A DNA stretch of 35,880 nucleotides, from UHGV virus genome UHGV-0165226. One strand, given 5' to 3'. This stretch comes from a virus. The notes beneath the pieces were generated by a model, which saw nothing but the letters and a program-made list of their open reading frames with translations, did not search any database and was not told the DNA's origin. Every line of letters begins with the position of its first letter. The stretch's first letter is position 1. Of this stretch, positions 7,124-16,445 are shown piece after piece. Position numbers and translations under genes: made by a program.

Positions 7124-9534
7124 GTCATGCCGATATGAACAACTGCTGCGGCTTTAACGAGGCTGCCGCAGCATTCTCATGGAACAGCCCGAAAAAGGCC
7201 ATTAACCCTTATCTGGACCCGGCGGAAGTTGCGCCGGTTTCTACGCTTTCAAACCTGATCACTCTGTACGCTGCCGATAACGAGCAGGAACAGTTGCGCC
7301 GCGAGGCACTGAGTGATCAGGTCTGGGAGCGTTATTTCTTTAATGAATCACGTGATCCTGTCCAGCGCGAAATGGAGCAGGATAAGCTCATTAGCCGGGC
7401 AAAGCTGGCGCATGAGCAGCAGCGTTTTAATTCAGACATGGTCATTCTGGCGGACGTCAACGCCCAGCCTTCCCATATCAGCAAGCCGCTGATGCAACGT
7501 ATTGAATACTTCAGCAGCCTGGGCAGGCCAAAGGCTTATTCCCGCTATTTACGTGAGACGATTAAGCCATGTCTGGAACGACTGGAGCATGTACGCGACA
7601 GTCAGCTATCTGCATCTTTTCGCTTTATGGCAAGCCATGAAGGGCTGGACGGCCTGCTGATCCTGCCTGAAATGAGTCAGGATCAGGTGAAACGCCTGTC
7701 CACCCTGGTAGCTGCGCATATGAGTATGTGCCTTGATGCAGCTTGTGGTGATTTGTATGCCACCGATGACGTTAAGCCAGAAGAAATCCGCAAGACATGG
7801 GAAAAGGTGGCAGCGGAAACCCTGCGTCTGGATGTCATCCCACCTGCGTTTGAGCAACTCCGTCGGAAAAGAAACCGCCGTAAACCCGTGCCCTATGAAC
7901 TCATTCCGGGTTCGCTGGCGCGTATGTTGTGCGCCGACTGGTGGTATCGGAAATTATGGAAGATGCGTTGCGAATGTCGGGAAGAGCAGTTGCGCGCTGT
8001 TTGCCTGGTCAGCAAAAAAGCATCTCCTTATGTCAGCTATGAAGCCGTGATGCATAAACGTGAGCAGCGCCGTAAGTCGCTGGAGTTTTTCCGTTCTCAT
8101 GAACTGGTGAACGAAGACGGCGACACGCTGGACATGGAGGATGTGGTAAACGCCAGCAGCAGCAACCCTGCGCATCGCCGCAATGAGATGATGGCCTGTG
8201 TTAAAGGTCTGGAGCTTATCGCGGAAATGCGCGGTGACTGCGCCGTTTTCTACACTATCACCTGTCCGTCGCGTTTCCATTCCACGCTAAATAACGGCAG
8301 ACCAAACCCGACCTGGACAAACGCGACGGTAAGACAAAGCAGCGATTATCTGGTCGGTATGTTTGCTGCATTTCGTAAGGCGATGCACAAAGCCGGGTTG
8401 CGCTGGTATGGCGTGCGGGTGGCTGAGCCGCATCATGATGGCACAGTTCACTGGCACCTGTTGTGTTTCATGCGCAAAAAAGACCGCCGTGCCATCACTG
8501 CATTACTGCGTAAGTTTGCCATCCGTGAAGACCGCGAGGAGCTGGGCAATAACACTGGGCCGCGCTTTAAGTCTGAGTTGATTAACCCGCGCAAAGGAAC
8601 GCCGACAAGCTACATCGCGAAATATATCAGTAAGAACATTGACGGTCGTGGTCTGGCTGGCGAGATCAGCAAGGAAACGGGTAAATCTCTGCGTGATAAC
8701 GCTGAATACGTGAATGCCTGGGCGTCTCTGCATCGTGTTCAGCAATTCCGCTTCTTTGGTATTCCGGGGCGTCAGGCTTACCGTGAACTTCGCTTGCTGG
8801 CTGGTCAGGCGGCAAGGCAACAGGGTGACAAAAAAGCAGGTGCGCCGGTACTGAATAACCCGCGTCTTGATGCCATTCTGGCTGCTGCTGATGCTGGTTG
8901 TTTTGCCACCTACATCATGAAGCAGGGCGGCGTACTGGTTCCCCGTAAATATCACCTCATCAGAACCGCTTATGAAATCAACGAAGAGCCGACCGCCTAT
9001 GGCGATCACGGCATTCGTATTTATGGCATCTGGTCACCCATTGCAGAGGGCAAGATCTGCACTCATGCAGTGAAGTGGAAAATGGTTCGTAAAGCCGTTG
9101 ACGTTCAGGAGGCGGCAGCCGACCAGGGCGCTTGCGCCCCTTGGACTCGTGGCAATAACTGTCCCCTTGCTGAAAATTTGAACCAACAAGGGAAAGACAA
9201 ATCAGCTGATGGGGATACCAGAACGGAAATCACCCGCATGGATGACAAGGAATTGCACGATTACCTGCACAGTATGAGCAAAAAAGAGCGCCGGGAACTG
9301 GCAGCAAGGTTACGCCTGGTTAAACCGAAACGGCGTAAAGACTACAAACAGCGAATTACAGATCATCAGCGACAGCAGCTCGTCTATGAACTGAAGTCCA
9401 GAGGATTTGATGGCAGCGAGAAAGAGGTCGATTTACTCCTTCGCGGCGGCAGTATTCCGTCAGGAGCAGGCCTGCGTATCTTCTATCGGAACCAGCGTCT
9501 GAAGGAAGATGATAAGTGGCGGAACCTGTATTAA
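7120..9534 (+). CDS. A: Replication initiation endonuclease, P2 gpA-like (rolling-circle HUH nickase)
   Basis: 804 aa. HUH-type motif [10 protein letters not shown] and active-site tyrosine motif YIAKYISKN. Start overlaps the dam stop (ATGA). Confidence 0.9.
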   Translation: MSHADMNNCCGFNEAAAAFSWNSPKKAINPYLDPAEVAPVSTLSNLITLYAADNEQEQLRREALSDQVWERYFFNESRDPVQREMEQDKLISRAKLAHEQQRFNSDMVILADVNAQPSHISKPLMQRIEYFSSLGRPKAYSRYLRETIKPCLERLEHVRDSQLSASFRFMASHEGLDGLLILPEMSQDQVKRLSTLVAAHMSMCLDAACGDLYATDDVKPEEIRKTWEKVAAETLRLDVIPPAFEQLRRKRNRRKPVPYELIPGSLARMLCADWWYRKLWKMRCECREEQLRAVCLVSKKASPYVSYEAVMHKREQRRKSLEFFRSHELVNEDGDTLDMEDVVNASSSNPAHRRNEMMACVKGLELIAEMRGDCAVFYTITCPSRFHSTLNNGRPNPTWTNATVRQSSDYLVGMFAAFRKAMHKAGLRWYGVRVAEPHHDGTVHWHLLCFMRKKDRRAITALLRKFAIREDREELGNNTGPRFKSELINPRKGTPTSYIAKYISKNIDGRGLAGEISKETGKSLRDNAEYVNAWASLHRVQQFRFFGIPGRQAYRELRLLAGQAARQQGDKKAGAPVLNNPRLDAILAAADAGCFATYIMKQGGVLVPRKYHLIRTAYEINEEPTAYGDHGIRIYGIWSPIAEGKICTHAVKWKMVRKAVDVQEAAADQGACAPWTRGNNCPLAENLNQQGKDKSADGDTRTEITRMDDKELHDYLHSMSKKERRELAARLRLVKPKRRKDYKQRITDHQRQQLVYELKSRGFDGSEKEVDLLLRGGSIPSGAGLRIFYRNQRLKEDDKWRNLY

Positions 9535-9626
9535 TTACGCGGGTTAACAATTCGTGCTCTTAATAATACCAGGCATATCAGGCCGATGAACGTAAAAAAA
9601 CGTTTTACATCAGTAAGATTATTATA

Positions 9627-9646
9627 TACTGTAAATATAAACAGTA
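9627..9646 (+). promoter_or_regulatory. LexA operator (SOS box)
   Basis: TACTGTAAATATAAACAGTA fits CTGT-N8-ACAG with the AT-rich spacer of the E. coli LexA consensus; a half-site (TGTATACAGT) follows. About 40 bp upstream of the Tum/DinI-like genes. Confidence 0.7.
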
Positions 9647-9686
9647 GTTATGTATACAGTATTGTTTTGGTGTCATAGGAGGAAAG

Positions 9687-9875
9687 ATGCAGGACTATTT
9701 TTTGGAGTCTTTGAAGCTTCAGCGCATTGATTTTTTTCTTAAGCTTGTAGCGGCTAGTGAGTGTAGTGATGAAGAGAAGGGGCTGGCTCTGCAGTGGGTT
9801 TCTGAATTGACTGATGAACTTATGGCAAAAATCAGAAGCCACGAATACAACCGCTCAATGGATGTCATCAGCTGA
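9687..9875 (+). CDS. Small SOS-controlled protein, possibly the N-terminal part of a Tum-like antirepressor
   Basis: 62-aa ORF, ATG at 9687 with AGGAGG at 9677..9682, directly downstream of the LexA box. Confidence 0.5.
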   Translation: MQDYFLESLKLQRIDFFLKLVAASECSDEEKGLALQWVSELTDELMAKIRSHEYNRSMDVIS

Positions 9876-9885
9876 GGTGACTTTT

Positions 9886-10119
9886 ATGCGCATTGAAATA
9901 ATGATCGATAAAGAGCAGAAGATTAGCCAGTCTACCCTGGACGCCCTTGAATCCGAGCTTTACCGCAATCTGCGCCCCCTGTATCCCAAAACGGTAATTC
10001 GTATCCGAAAAGGTAGCTCTAACGGTGTGGAACTGACCGGACTGCAACTGGACGAAGAAAGAAAACAAGTGATGAAAATTATGCAGAAGGTGTGGGAAGA
10101 CGACAGCTGGCTGCATTAA
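9886..10119 (+). CDS. DinI-family protein (Tum/DinI-like, SOS-induced)
   Basis: 77 aa starting MRIEIMIDKEQ...LDALESEL...VWEDDSWL, resembling DinI (MRIEVTIAK...); ATG at 9886 with GAGGTGA upstream. The ORF frame is open back to 9814. Confidence 0.75.
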   Translation: MRIEIMIDKEQKISQSTLDALESELYRNLRPLYPKTVIRIRKGSSNGVELTGLQLDEERKQVMKIMQKVWEDDSWLH

Positions 10120-10125
10120 GAAACG

Positions 10126-10160
10126 TTGCTGGCATCAGTACTTGATTCTGAAGCCAGCAA
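10126..10160. terminator. Hairpin between the convergent DinI-like gene and the cargo operon
   Basis: TTGCTGGC (10126..10133) pairs with GCCAGCAA (10153..10160), with an extra CAG/CTG pairing inside the loop. No strong U-tract. Confidence 0.4.
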
Positions 10161-10208
10161 GGTTGAACAACGAGCAGGGCGAGGCGTTAGTGTTATCATC
10201 AAAGAATT

Positions 10209-10766
10209 TCACATAAACATCTGGATTTGCTCGTTTTTTAGTTGGTTGATTTTTTCGCGCAATCTGATCTTTTCATCAGCTTTTTCCAAAGAGGCTGGTG
10301 ACATGCAGTTAATCAAAGCGTCAAGGTGCTCTGGAGATTTGATAATAAAGAACTTTTTGTATTTATTAACAAAAACGACAGAGCATTTTTTACGTTTAAG
10401 AAGCTCAATCACGTTACTCAGAGTACCCGTGCTCTTCGTATCCCAAACCATTAATCCATAATCGGCTTCTTCTGCCATTTTGAGATCTTTCGCAGTGAAA
10501 AACGCGCGAGTGCCGGCTGCATGGCTAGTACTTACTACATGTACAGGCCATGAGCCAAGATTATTGCGCGGTTTTTCTGAGCTACTGAATACTGTGGCTT
10601 TTTTACATCCAAGTTCTAGCAATACGCGTTGAACAGATGAATCAACACCATTGGCATCACCAACTACAATACGAAAACGCGAGTTAACAATTTTTTTCAG
10701 ACGATCCACGATGAGTGTGTCAAGGTTTTTGATGGTTATTGAACCAGCAACAAATACCGTAGTCAT
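10209..10766 (-). CDS. SLOG/DprA-LOG-like Rossmann-fold protein (cargo operon, gene 2)
   Basis: ATG at 10766 with GGAG 6 nt upstream, 2 nt after the stop of the PRTase gene; about 185 aa. Core VFVAGS...IVVGDANGVDSSVQRV...ATVF resembles the glycine-rich nucleotide-binding loop of DprA/Smf/LOG (SLOG) proteins. AT-rich. Confidence 0.7.
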   Translation of the reverse strand: MTTVFVAGSITIKNLDTLIVDRLKKIVNSRFRIVVGDANGVDSSVQRVLLELGCKKATVFSSSEKPRNNLGSWPVHVVSTSHAAGTRAFFTAKDLKMAEEADYGLMVWDTKSTGTLSNVIELLKRKKCSVVFVNKYKKFFIIKSPEHLDALINCMSPASLEKADEKIRLREKINQLKNEQIQMFM

Positions 10767-10768
10767 CA

Positions 10769-11350
10769 CTATCTCCAAGTCAAAGCTGCAACATAAATGC
10801 TTCTAACCTTAGTATAATCGTTTAGCACAGCACAAGCAGCCTCCATAGATGCGCCTGTATGGTAGAGGTCGTCAATGATAAGGACATTCCAGTTGCCATT
10901 ATTCTCAATACTGTCATTAACAGAGAACGAATTACCCAGCGCCGTGATTTTCTCTTCTTTTGTATTCAGGTTCTTTAGCGAAGCCCCGCCGGGGGCTTTC
11001 AACAAGAGGTCATCGAAGCATGGTTTGCCAACTAGTTTGGCTAGTTCCTGAGCTATTTCGGTCACTGGCTGGCGTGCACGCTGATTAGATGCAGCCATTG
11101 GAACGATAAACCCGACATTGCTGAAATGAGGAAAGGCATGCTCTGCTAGGCATTGGGCTAAAGGCTTAACTTGTGACCAATCGTCACGGTATTTAAGCTG
11201 GAAAAGAGATTCGCCTACCTCAGTACGCTCAGTCTCAAACCGCATATGTCCCCACTCATCGTAACCAATGGGAATGCTGCGGATGCTGTGTTTATCCATC
11301 GCAAGACCTAATTCCCAATTTCCAACAATCTGTTTTATGTTGACTTTCAT
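10769..11350 (-). CDS. Phosphoribosyltransferase (PRTase)-like protein (cargo operon, gene 1)
   Basis: 193 aa, ATG at 11350. C-terminal NVLIIDDLYHTGASMEAA matches the type I PRTase PRPP-binding loop (hydrophobic run, two acidic residues, T-G-A-S). No N-terminal Cys4 zinc finger. Confidence 0.75.
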   Translation of the reverse strand: MKVNIKQIVGNWELGLAMDKHSIRSIPIGYDEWGHMRFETERTEVGESLFQLKYRDDWSQVKPLAQCLAEHAFPHFSNVGFIVPMAASNQRARQPVTEIAQELAKLVGKPCFDDLLLKAPGGASLKNLNTKEEKITALGNSFSVNDSIENNGNWNVLIIDDLYHTGASMEAACAVLNDYTKVRSIYVAALTWR

Positions 11351-11614
11351 GGCTCACCGTTTGCTGTGTAAAACACCAAAGATTACCTCTTGTTATATTT
11401 GGTGAAAGCGAAAGTTTCATTTTTTGCAGTGGAGATCAAATGTTACTCCGTGAACATTTTTAGCATGTGGCCTCGCTACACGGTTTGGCGTAACTACTGC
11501 ATGTCTATACTGCATGAATCCGCATGATCGTTTAAGGATCGCTCTAGTTGGGGCCTGCTAGGTATGGCGGGCTTTTGCTTATGTCATGCAGGTGCATGAA
11601 AACCACTATATAAA

Positions 11615-11645
11615 GCGGGCAGGCGTGGCGGGGATACGAGCGCGC
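11615..11645. other. Candidate cos (cohesive-end) site
   Basis: GGCGTGGCGGGGATACGAGC at 11622..11641 resembles the 19-nt cohesive ends of 186 (GGCGTGGCGGGGAAAGCAT) and P2 (GGCGAGGCGGGGAAAGCAC) as I recall them. Memory-based; not verified. Confidence 0.35.
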
Positions 11646-11717
11646 GCATTGATTTCAAAAGATGAAATCAAGTGGTACGATAAGTAGGATTACTACCAAT
11701 TCTCAAAGGGATGTCTC

Positions 11718-13415
11718 ATGCATAGAATTGTTAAAGCTCATCTTGATAACTTCGTGAAAAGTCACGGTATTGAAAATCATCAAGAGGACACGCAGTTCGA
11801 GCTATTTTGTAATAAAGCTTTGCTGTCTTCTCGTATAAGTATGGATTATGAAATTGACGATGTAACAACCGGGGCTGGTGATGATGGCATGGATGGTGTT
11901 GCCATCATAATTGATGAAGAATTGTGTATATCTTCTGAAGATGCTACTTCAATATTTTCCTCATTACGTAAAAATCATGATGTTGATATTGTTTTCATTC
12001 AATCAAAGCGTAGTGAGTCTTTTGATTTAGGTGATTTTTTAAAGTTTAAAGCTTCCGTTTTTAGATTTATAGAGGATTCTCCTTACTTATGTGTGGATGA
12101 AATTCAAAAAAATGCAAGGGAAGTTTTTGATGTCATAATAAAAAATGTACCTAAGATAAGAGGTGGGCGACCAACTTTTACTGCTAAATATGTTGCAACT
12201 GGTTTATATAAAAAACCTAAAGAGTTAGAGAATGCTCGGAAGTTATTTGCAAAAGAAATTGACGAGTTGGGATATTTCTGTAATGTTAGCGTTGAGTTTG
12301 TTGATCGTGATGAATTAACACGTACTTGGATTGATACTTATTCAGTTGTCAATGCTGAATTGCCATTATTTAGTAATGCACCACTTCCCAAAATTAATGG
12401 TATAGAAGAAGCTTATCTTGCTGTCGTTAAAGCAAAGGATTTTGTTGGTAATTTATTGATGACGGACGAGGGGTCTCTCCGTAATCATGTTTTTGTTGAG
12501 AACGTCCGGGCGTTCTTGGGAATTGATAATCCTGTTAACGCATCGATTGCTGAGACAATTAAAAATAAAGATGCCGCTTCACGATTTCCTGTTTTAAATA
12601 ATGGAATAACAATTGTTAGTCCGGATGTAAAACTTCAAGGGAGTATTTTACATCTAGAAAATTTTCAGATAGTTAATGGCTGTCAGACATCAAATGTGCT
12701 TTACGAATGCCGCGATTCCTTAGATGATACGATGATGGTTAACTTGAAAGTCGTAGAGACATTAAACGAAGATGTTTTTTCAGAATTGGTTCGAGCGACT
12801 AACAGTCAGACTAAGGTTGATGAGACTCAGTTCTATTCTCTTCGTCCAATAATAAAGAAAGTAGAAGCGTACTTTGATACTTATGAAGGGCAGGATGGTC
12901 GTTTATATTTAGAAAGACGTGAAAGACAATTTATCGGTAGAGATATACCTGCAGTTAGAGTATTTTCAGTTCATATGGCAGCTAAATGTGTAGCAGCTAT
13001 GTTCTTCCGTCGGCCAGATCTTTCATATAGATACCCTAAAAAAATGTATGAATTGTTGGCTGAGAAAATATTTTCTAATGATACCAAGGAGATTGTATTT
13101 TATTCAGCATGTTTAACATTATATAGATTACACTTACTTACTTCTAATGCTGATATTCCACAAAATATCAGGAAGTATAAATGGCATTTAATGGCGGTAG
13201 TTGGTGCTTTAATTGCCGGAAAGGATGTGCCTAATTTTGGCTCTAAGAAAATGGATGCGTATTGTAATAAAATCATCACTGAAATGACAAAGCATGGTGA
13301 TAAAATAAAAGCTACTTTCCAGAAGGCTGTTGATATTGTTTTGTCAATTGATGATATCACTGATGATAGAATGAAAAGGCAAGCTATTTTAGAGGAAATG
13401 CTTGCCAAGATTTAA
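11718..13415 (+). CDS. AIPR-family (abortive-infection phage-resistance-like) protein
   Basis: 565 aa, ATG at 11718. Central motif VLNNGITIV...FQIVNGCQTS matches the AIPR family signature (NG...QT). Very AT-rich. Confidence 0.75.
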   Translation: MHRIVKAHLDNFVKSHGIENHQEDTQFELFCNKALLSSRISMDYEIDDVTTGAGDDGMDGVAIIIDEELCISSEDATSIFSSLRKNHDVDIVFIQSKRSESFDLGDFLKFKASVFRFIEDSPYLCVDEIQKNAREVFDVIIKNVPKIRGGRPTFTAKYVATGLYKKPKELENARKLFAKEIDELGYFCNVSVEFVDRDELTRTWIDTYSVVNAELPLFSNAPLPKINGIEEAYLAVVKAKDFVGNLLMTDEGSLRNHVFVENVRAFLGIDNPVNASIAETIKNKDAASRFPVLNNGITIVSPDVKLQGSILHLENFQIVNGCQTSNVLYECRDSLDDTMMVNLKVVETLNEDVFSELVRATNSQTKVDETQFYSLRPIIKKVEAYFDTYEGQDGRLYLERRERQFIGRDIPAVRVFSVHMAAKCVAAMFFRRPDLSYRYPKKMYELLAEKIFSNDTKEIVFYSACLTLYRLHLLTSNADIPQNIRKYKWHLMAVVGALIAGKDVPNFGSKKMDAYCNKIITEMTKHGDKIKATFQKAVDIVLSIDDITDDRMKRQAILEEMLAKI

Positions 13416-13466
13416 TTATACCTTGACATGTATATTAACGTGATTTTTTAAGTTGAATATCTAAGT

Positions 13467-13501
13467 AAAAAGAGTGCTTTTATTGTTAAGCACTCTTTTT
13501 T
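13467..13501. terminator. Bidirectional intrinsic terminator between the AIPR gene and portal gene Q
   Basis: Stem AGAGTGCTT (13471..13479) / AAGCACTCT (13488..13496), 8-nt loop, flanked by AAAA upstream and TTTTT downstream, so it works on either strand. Confidence 0.75.
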
Positions 13502-13502
13502 A

Positions 13503-14540
13503 TTAAGCTAACTCAAGGCTATATGTATTGAATTTAATAATGTCATCTTCTACCCACTCATTAATTTCTTTGATTCTTTCCTGTAAGGGGGTTAATTCGT
13601 TACGGACGAATACCTTGCTGGCTTTTTCAATATCGCCAAATCCACCAGTGTTTTGTGGAATAATGCCCATCATCTGCGGAGGAACTCGATGTGCTGCCAT
13701 CATGTCATCGCGACTGACATTTTTGATATTCAGAAACTCATCCTTCGCCGCGACTTCTGACAACGGGATGATCTGAAGCCCGTCCTTTTTGCCGTTAGGC
13801 GAGTACATAAACAAATTGCGGAAGTTGCCTGGACCTTTGGCACTTTTCATCGCGTTGCGGAGGTTGTTTACATCTTCCTGGTTTTGCGCGGCGTCGGTCA
13901 TGTACATGATGAAGCCTGCATGACTGCCGTTAATGTAATACTTCCGGCGGAACAGCGTGGCGGACTCGTTGAGCAGGGCTGACGGAATGACAGAAAGATA
14001 GCCGGGCAGGCCGTAGATTTCTTGATTAATATCCGGCTCCATCAGGTGAAAAATGCTGCCTTTCGTGAACTGATACGGCTGCGTGGTCATGCCGTATTGC
14101 ACAAACCAGTAGGTATCCAGGTCTAACCCGCGTCGGGTGTATTTTGCCAGCGCAGGCTCAAGGGCGATAACTTCACCGAATCGGTTCGTGCGTTTCTCCA
14201 GGTAGGCGTTACCAAATACCAGATAGTCCTGCACAAAACGCGAAAAAGCCTGCTGGCTGAGCAGCGGGTGGGGGATGTAGGTACTGGTCAGAATGTTGCA
14301 TTTCACCGCAATTGGTGAACTGTGATGCACGGCGGCGCGGAAGGTGCGCGCCAGTCCGTCAAAGCTTACTGGCGGCTCATACCAGCGATCTGTCTGTAAG
14401 CATTCCACATAGTCCAGCAGTTCGCGGCGGTCCATAACAGGAACGGGATCACCGAAGCTGAATGCTTCGGCTGTAGTTTGACTTTTATGCTGGATCTGGT
14501 TCGTCGACGCAGCGCGGTTCTTCTTACTCTTTCCCATCAA
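13503..14540 (-). CDS. Q: Portal protein (P2 gpQ)
   Basis: 345 aa, P2 gpQ size; conserved position opposite the terminase gene; 4-bp overlap with P. Confidence 0.92.
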   Translation of the reverse strand: MMGKSKKNRAASTNQIQHKSQTTAEAFSFGDPVPVMDRRELLDYVECLQTDRWYEPPVSFDGLARTFRAAVHHSSPIAVKCNILTSTYIPHPLLSQQAFSRFVQDYLVFGNAYLEKRTNRFGEVIALEPALAKYTRRGLDLDTYWFVQYGMTTQPYQFTKGSIFHLMEPDINQEIYGLPGYLSVIPSALLNESATLFRRKYYINGSHAGFIMYMTDAAQNQEDVNNLRNAMKSAKGPGNFRNLFMYSPNGKKDGLQIIPLSEVAAKDEFLNIKNVSRDDMMAAHRVPPQMMGIIPQNTGGFGDIEKASKVFVRNELTPLQERIKEINEWVEDDIIKFNTYSLELA

Positions 14541-16303
14541 AAAATCTCCACAATATTACTGGTATTGGCGGACTCGCCCTGCAGTGGTTCGTTAAACAGT
14601 GCGTGCATTGTTGCCCAGGCCAGATCGGCGTGGCTGGCTTCTTCGCTGCGGCTGGCTTCATAGGTTGGGCGGTTGCCACTGGCGGTGGTTGCGCGACGGA
14701 TTGCCATGAATGACTGCGCAATGTCGGTGTGCCCGGCGTCAAACTCCAGACGGCGGTGGCTGATAATGTCGTAGGCCTTGAGTACCAGGGCGTTTTTAAC
14801 GTTGGGGTTGTAGACAAACTCCCGGACGGCAGGAAAGAACGCTTTCACGTTCTCGTAAACCCCGTGACCAACGCCGGTTGAGTCGATACCGATATAGGTC
14901 ACGTTGTACTGTTCGGTAAGTTTTTTGATGGCGTCAGCCTGGGCGCGGAAGTCCATCCCGCGCCACTGGTGACGCTCAAGAATGCGGAACTTACCACCCG
15001 GCACGGCTGGCGGTGCCACCACCACGCATCCAGCGCTGTCGCCGTTTTGCGTACCTTTTGCCGGGTCATAACCGATCCACACTTCGCGCCAGCCAAACGG
15101 GCGCAGCGCCAGTGCATGAAAGTCGGTCCAGACTTCCCAACTGTCCACCATGCACGCCTGCAGCTCGCTGAGCGGAAACACGGACGCGAGATCGTCCACA
15201 AACTCGCACATCAGCAGGTTCTGGTATTCGTCCGGGCTGTACTCCATGCGTAGCTGGTCGAGGTCGAACAGGTTACAGCCGCCGCGCACCGCATCTTCCA
15301 CGGTGACTATCTGGCGGTATTGCCCGTCTGCGCACAGCAGGCCGGGGGCCAGATTGCTGTGGGACAGGTCGATGTCCACCTTATCGGCTTTGTTGCGCCC
15401 ACGGTTGAACAGCGCACCGGACCAGAACGGATAAGCACTGTGTGTCAGACTGGATGGCGTGGAAAAATAGGTTTGTCGCCATTTTTTGTGAATAGCCATA
15501 CCGGAAGCCACTTTGCGCAGCTCCTGGAATTTCGGTATCCAGAAATATTCATCCAGATACAGGTTGCCGTGGTAACTCTGGGCCGTGCGGGCATTGGTGC
15601 CGAGGAAGTAAAGCGTGGCCCCGTTAGGAAGCACCATCGGATCGCCTTTCAGCTCCACCTCCACTTCTTTGGCAAAGTCGATGATGTACTGTTTAAAGAC
15701 GTGGGCCTGAGCCTTGCTGGCAGAAAGGAAAATCTGGTTACGCCCGGTCAGCAGGGCGTCAATCAGGGCTTCACGGGCAAAGTAAAAGGTCGCGCCGATC
15801 TGGCGTGACTTCAGCAGGTTGCGGATGCGGTTGGTTTTTCCGGCTTCCCACCAGTGGCGCTGGTAGTTGAACATGGAGGAATGGAAGATTTCTTCCAGTT
15901 TCTCAATCTGTTCATCGGTGAAAACATTCTTTTCCGGCTGACGACGTGGGCCTTTGTTGCGGTTGGCAACGTTAGGGTTTAAGTCGGCTTCGTTGCCGCC
16001 ATTGTTAAACTTGCCGATCCGCGCGTGGCGCTCAGACTGGCGTGCCAGCAGGTCAATTTCTTTGAAATCTTTCCCTTCTTTGTGCTCCTTCATAATGAGC
16101 TGGCAGTAGCGTGCGGCGGTGGTGAGCTGCATCTGATCCAGCGGCCCATAGTCACCCCACTTGTCGCGTTTTTTCCAGCTGTGAACGGTTGCAACTTTCT
16201 CGCCCAGCATTTCAGCAATGCGGGCGACGCGGTATCCCTGAAAGTACAGCAGCATGGCCTGCCGACGGGGATCGAGATCTGCGGGTGTCAGTGTGGTGTT
16301 CAT
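14537..16303 (-). CDS. P: Terminase large (ATPase) subunit (P2 gpP)
   Basis: 588 aa (P2 gpP is about 590); divergent from the O-N-M-L capsid operon as in P2. Confidence 0.92.
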   Translation of the reverse strand: MNTTLTPADLDPRRQAMLLYFQGYRVARIAEMLGEKVATVHSWKKRDKWGDYGPLDQMQLTTAARYCQLIMKEHKEGKDFKEIDLLARQSERHARIGKFNNGGNEADLNPNVANRNKGPRRQPEKNVFTDEQIEKLEEIFHSSMFNYQRHWWEAGKTNRIRNLLKSRQIGATFYFAREALIDALLTGRNQIFLSASKAQAHVFKQYIIDFAKEVEVELKGDPMVLPNGATLYFLGTNARTAQSYHGNLYLDEYFWIPKFQELRKVASGMAIHKKWRQTYFSTPSSLTHSAYPFWSGALFNRGRNKADKVDIDLSHSNLAPGLLCADGQYRQIVTVEDAVRGGCNLFDLDQLRMEYSPDEYQNLLMCEFVDDLASVFPLSELQACMVDSWEVWTDFHALALRPFGWREVWIGYDPAKGTQNGDSAGCVVVAPPAVPGGKFRILERHQWRGMDFRAQADAIKKLTEQYNVTYIGIDSTGVGHGVYENVKAFFPAVREFVYNPNVKNALVLKAYDIISHRRLEFDAGHTDIAQSFMAIRRATTASGNRPTYEASRSEEASHADLAWATMHALFNEPLQGESANTSNIVEIF

Positions 16304-16349
16304 GGCACAAACCTACAGCCTTGAATGACGGCTTTCCCCGCCTGCGGTT

Positions 16350-16367
16350 TGTGTGGTTGTCGGTACA
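16350..16367 (+). promoter_or_regulatory. Ogr/Delta-type late promoter element (TGT-N12-ACA) in the P/O intergenic region
   Basis: TGTGTGGTTGTCGGTACA; candidate -10 (CATAAG) about 40 bp downstream, ahead of O (16446). Confidence 0.45.
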
Positions 16368-16445
16368 AATACCGCGCATTGTTTCACTGCCCCCATCACC
16401 GCAACCATAAGGCTCCAGTAAGTTTTTTCTAACGGAGCACGGCTC

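Noticed and set aside
10209-11350. Host competence genes comFC/dprA carried into the prophage
   Set aside because: Both proteins are much shorter than ComFC and DprA, the PRTase-like protein lacks the N-terminal Cys4 zinc finger, and the pair is AT-rich cargo inside a phage hotspot. The fold parallel is kept only as a mechanistic hint.
10769-11717. Retron with a PRTase effector
   Set aside because: No reverse transcriptase ORF and no recognisable msr/msd inverted-repeat structure adjacent; the only partner gene is the SLOG-like protein.
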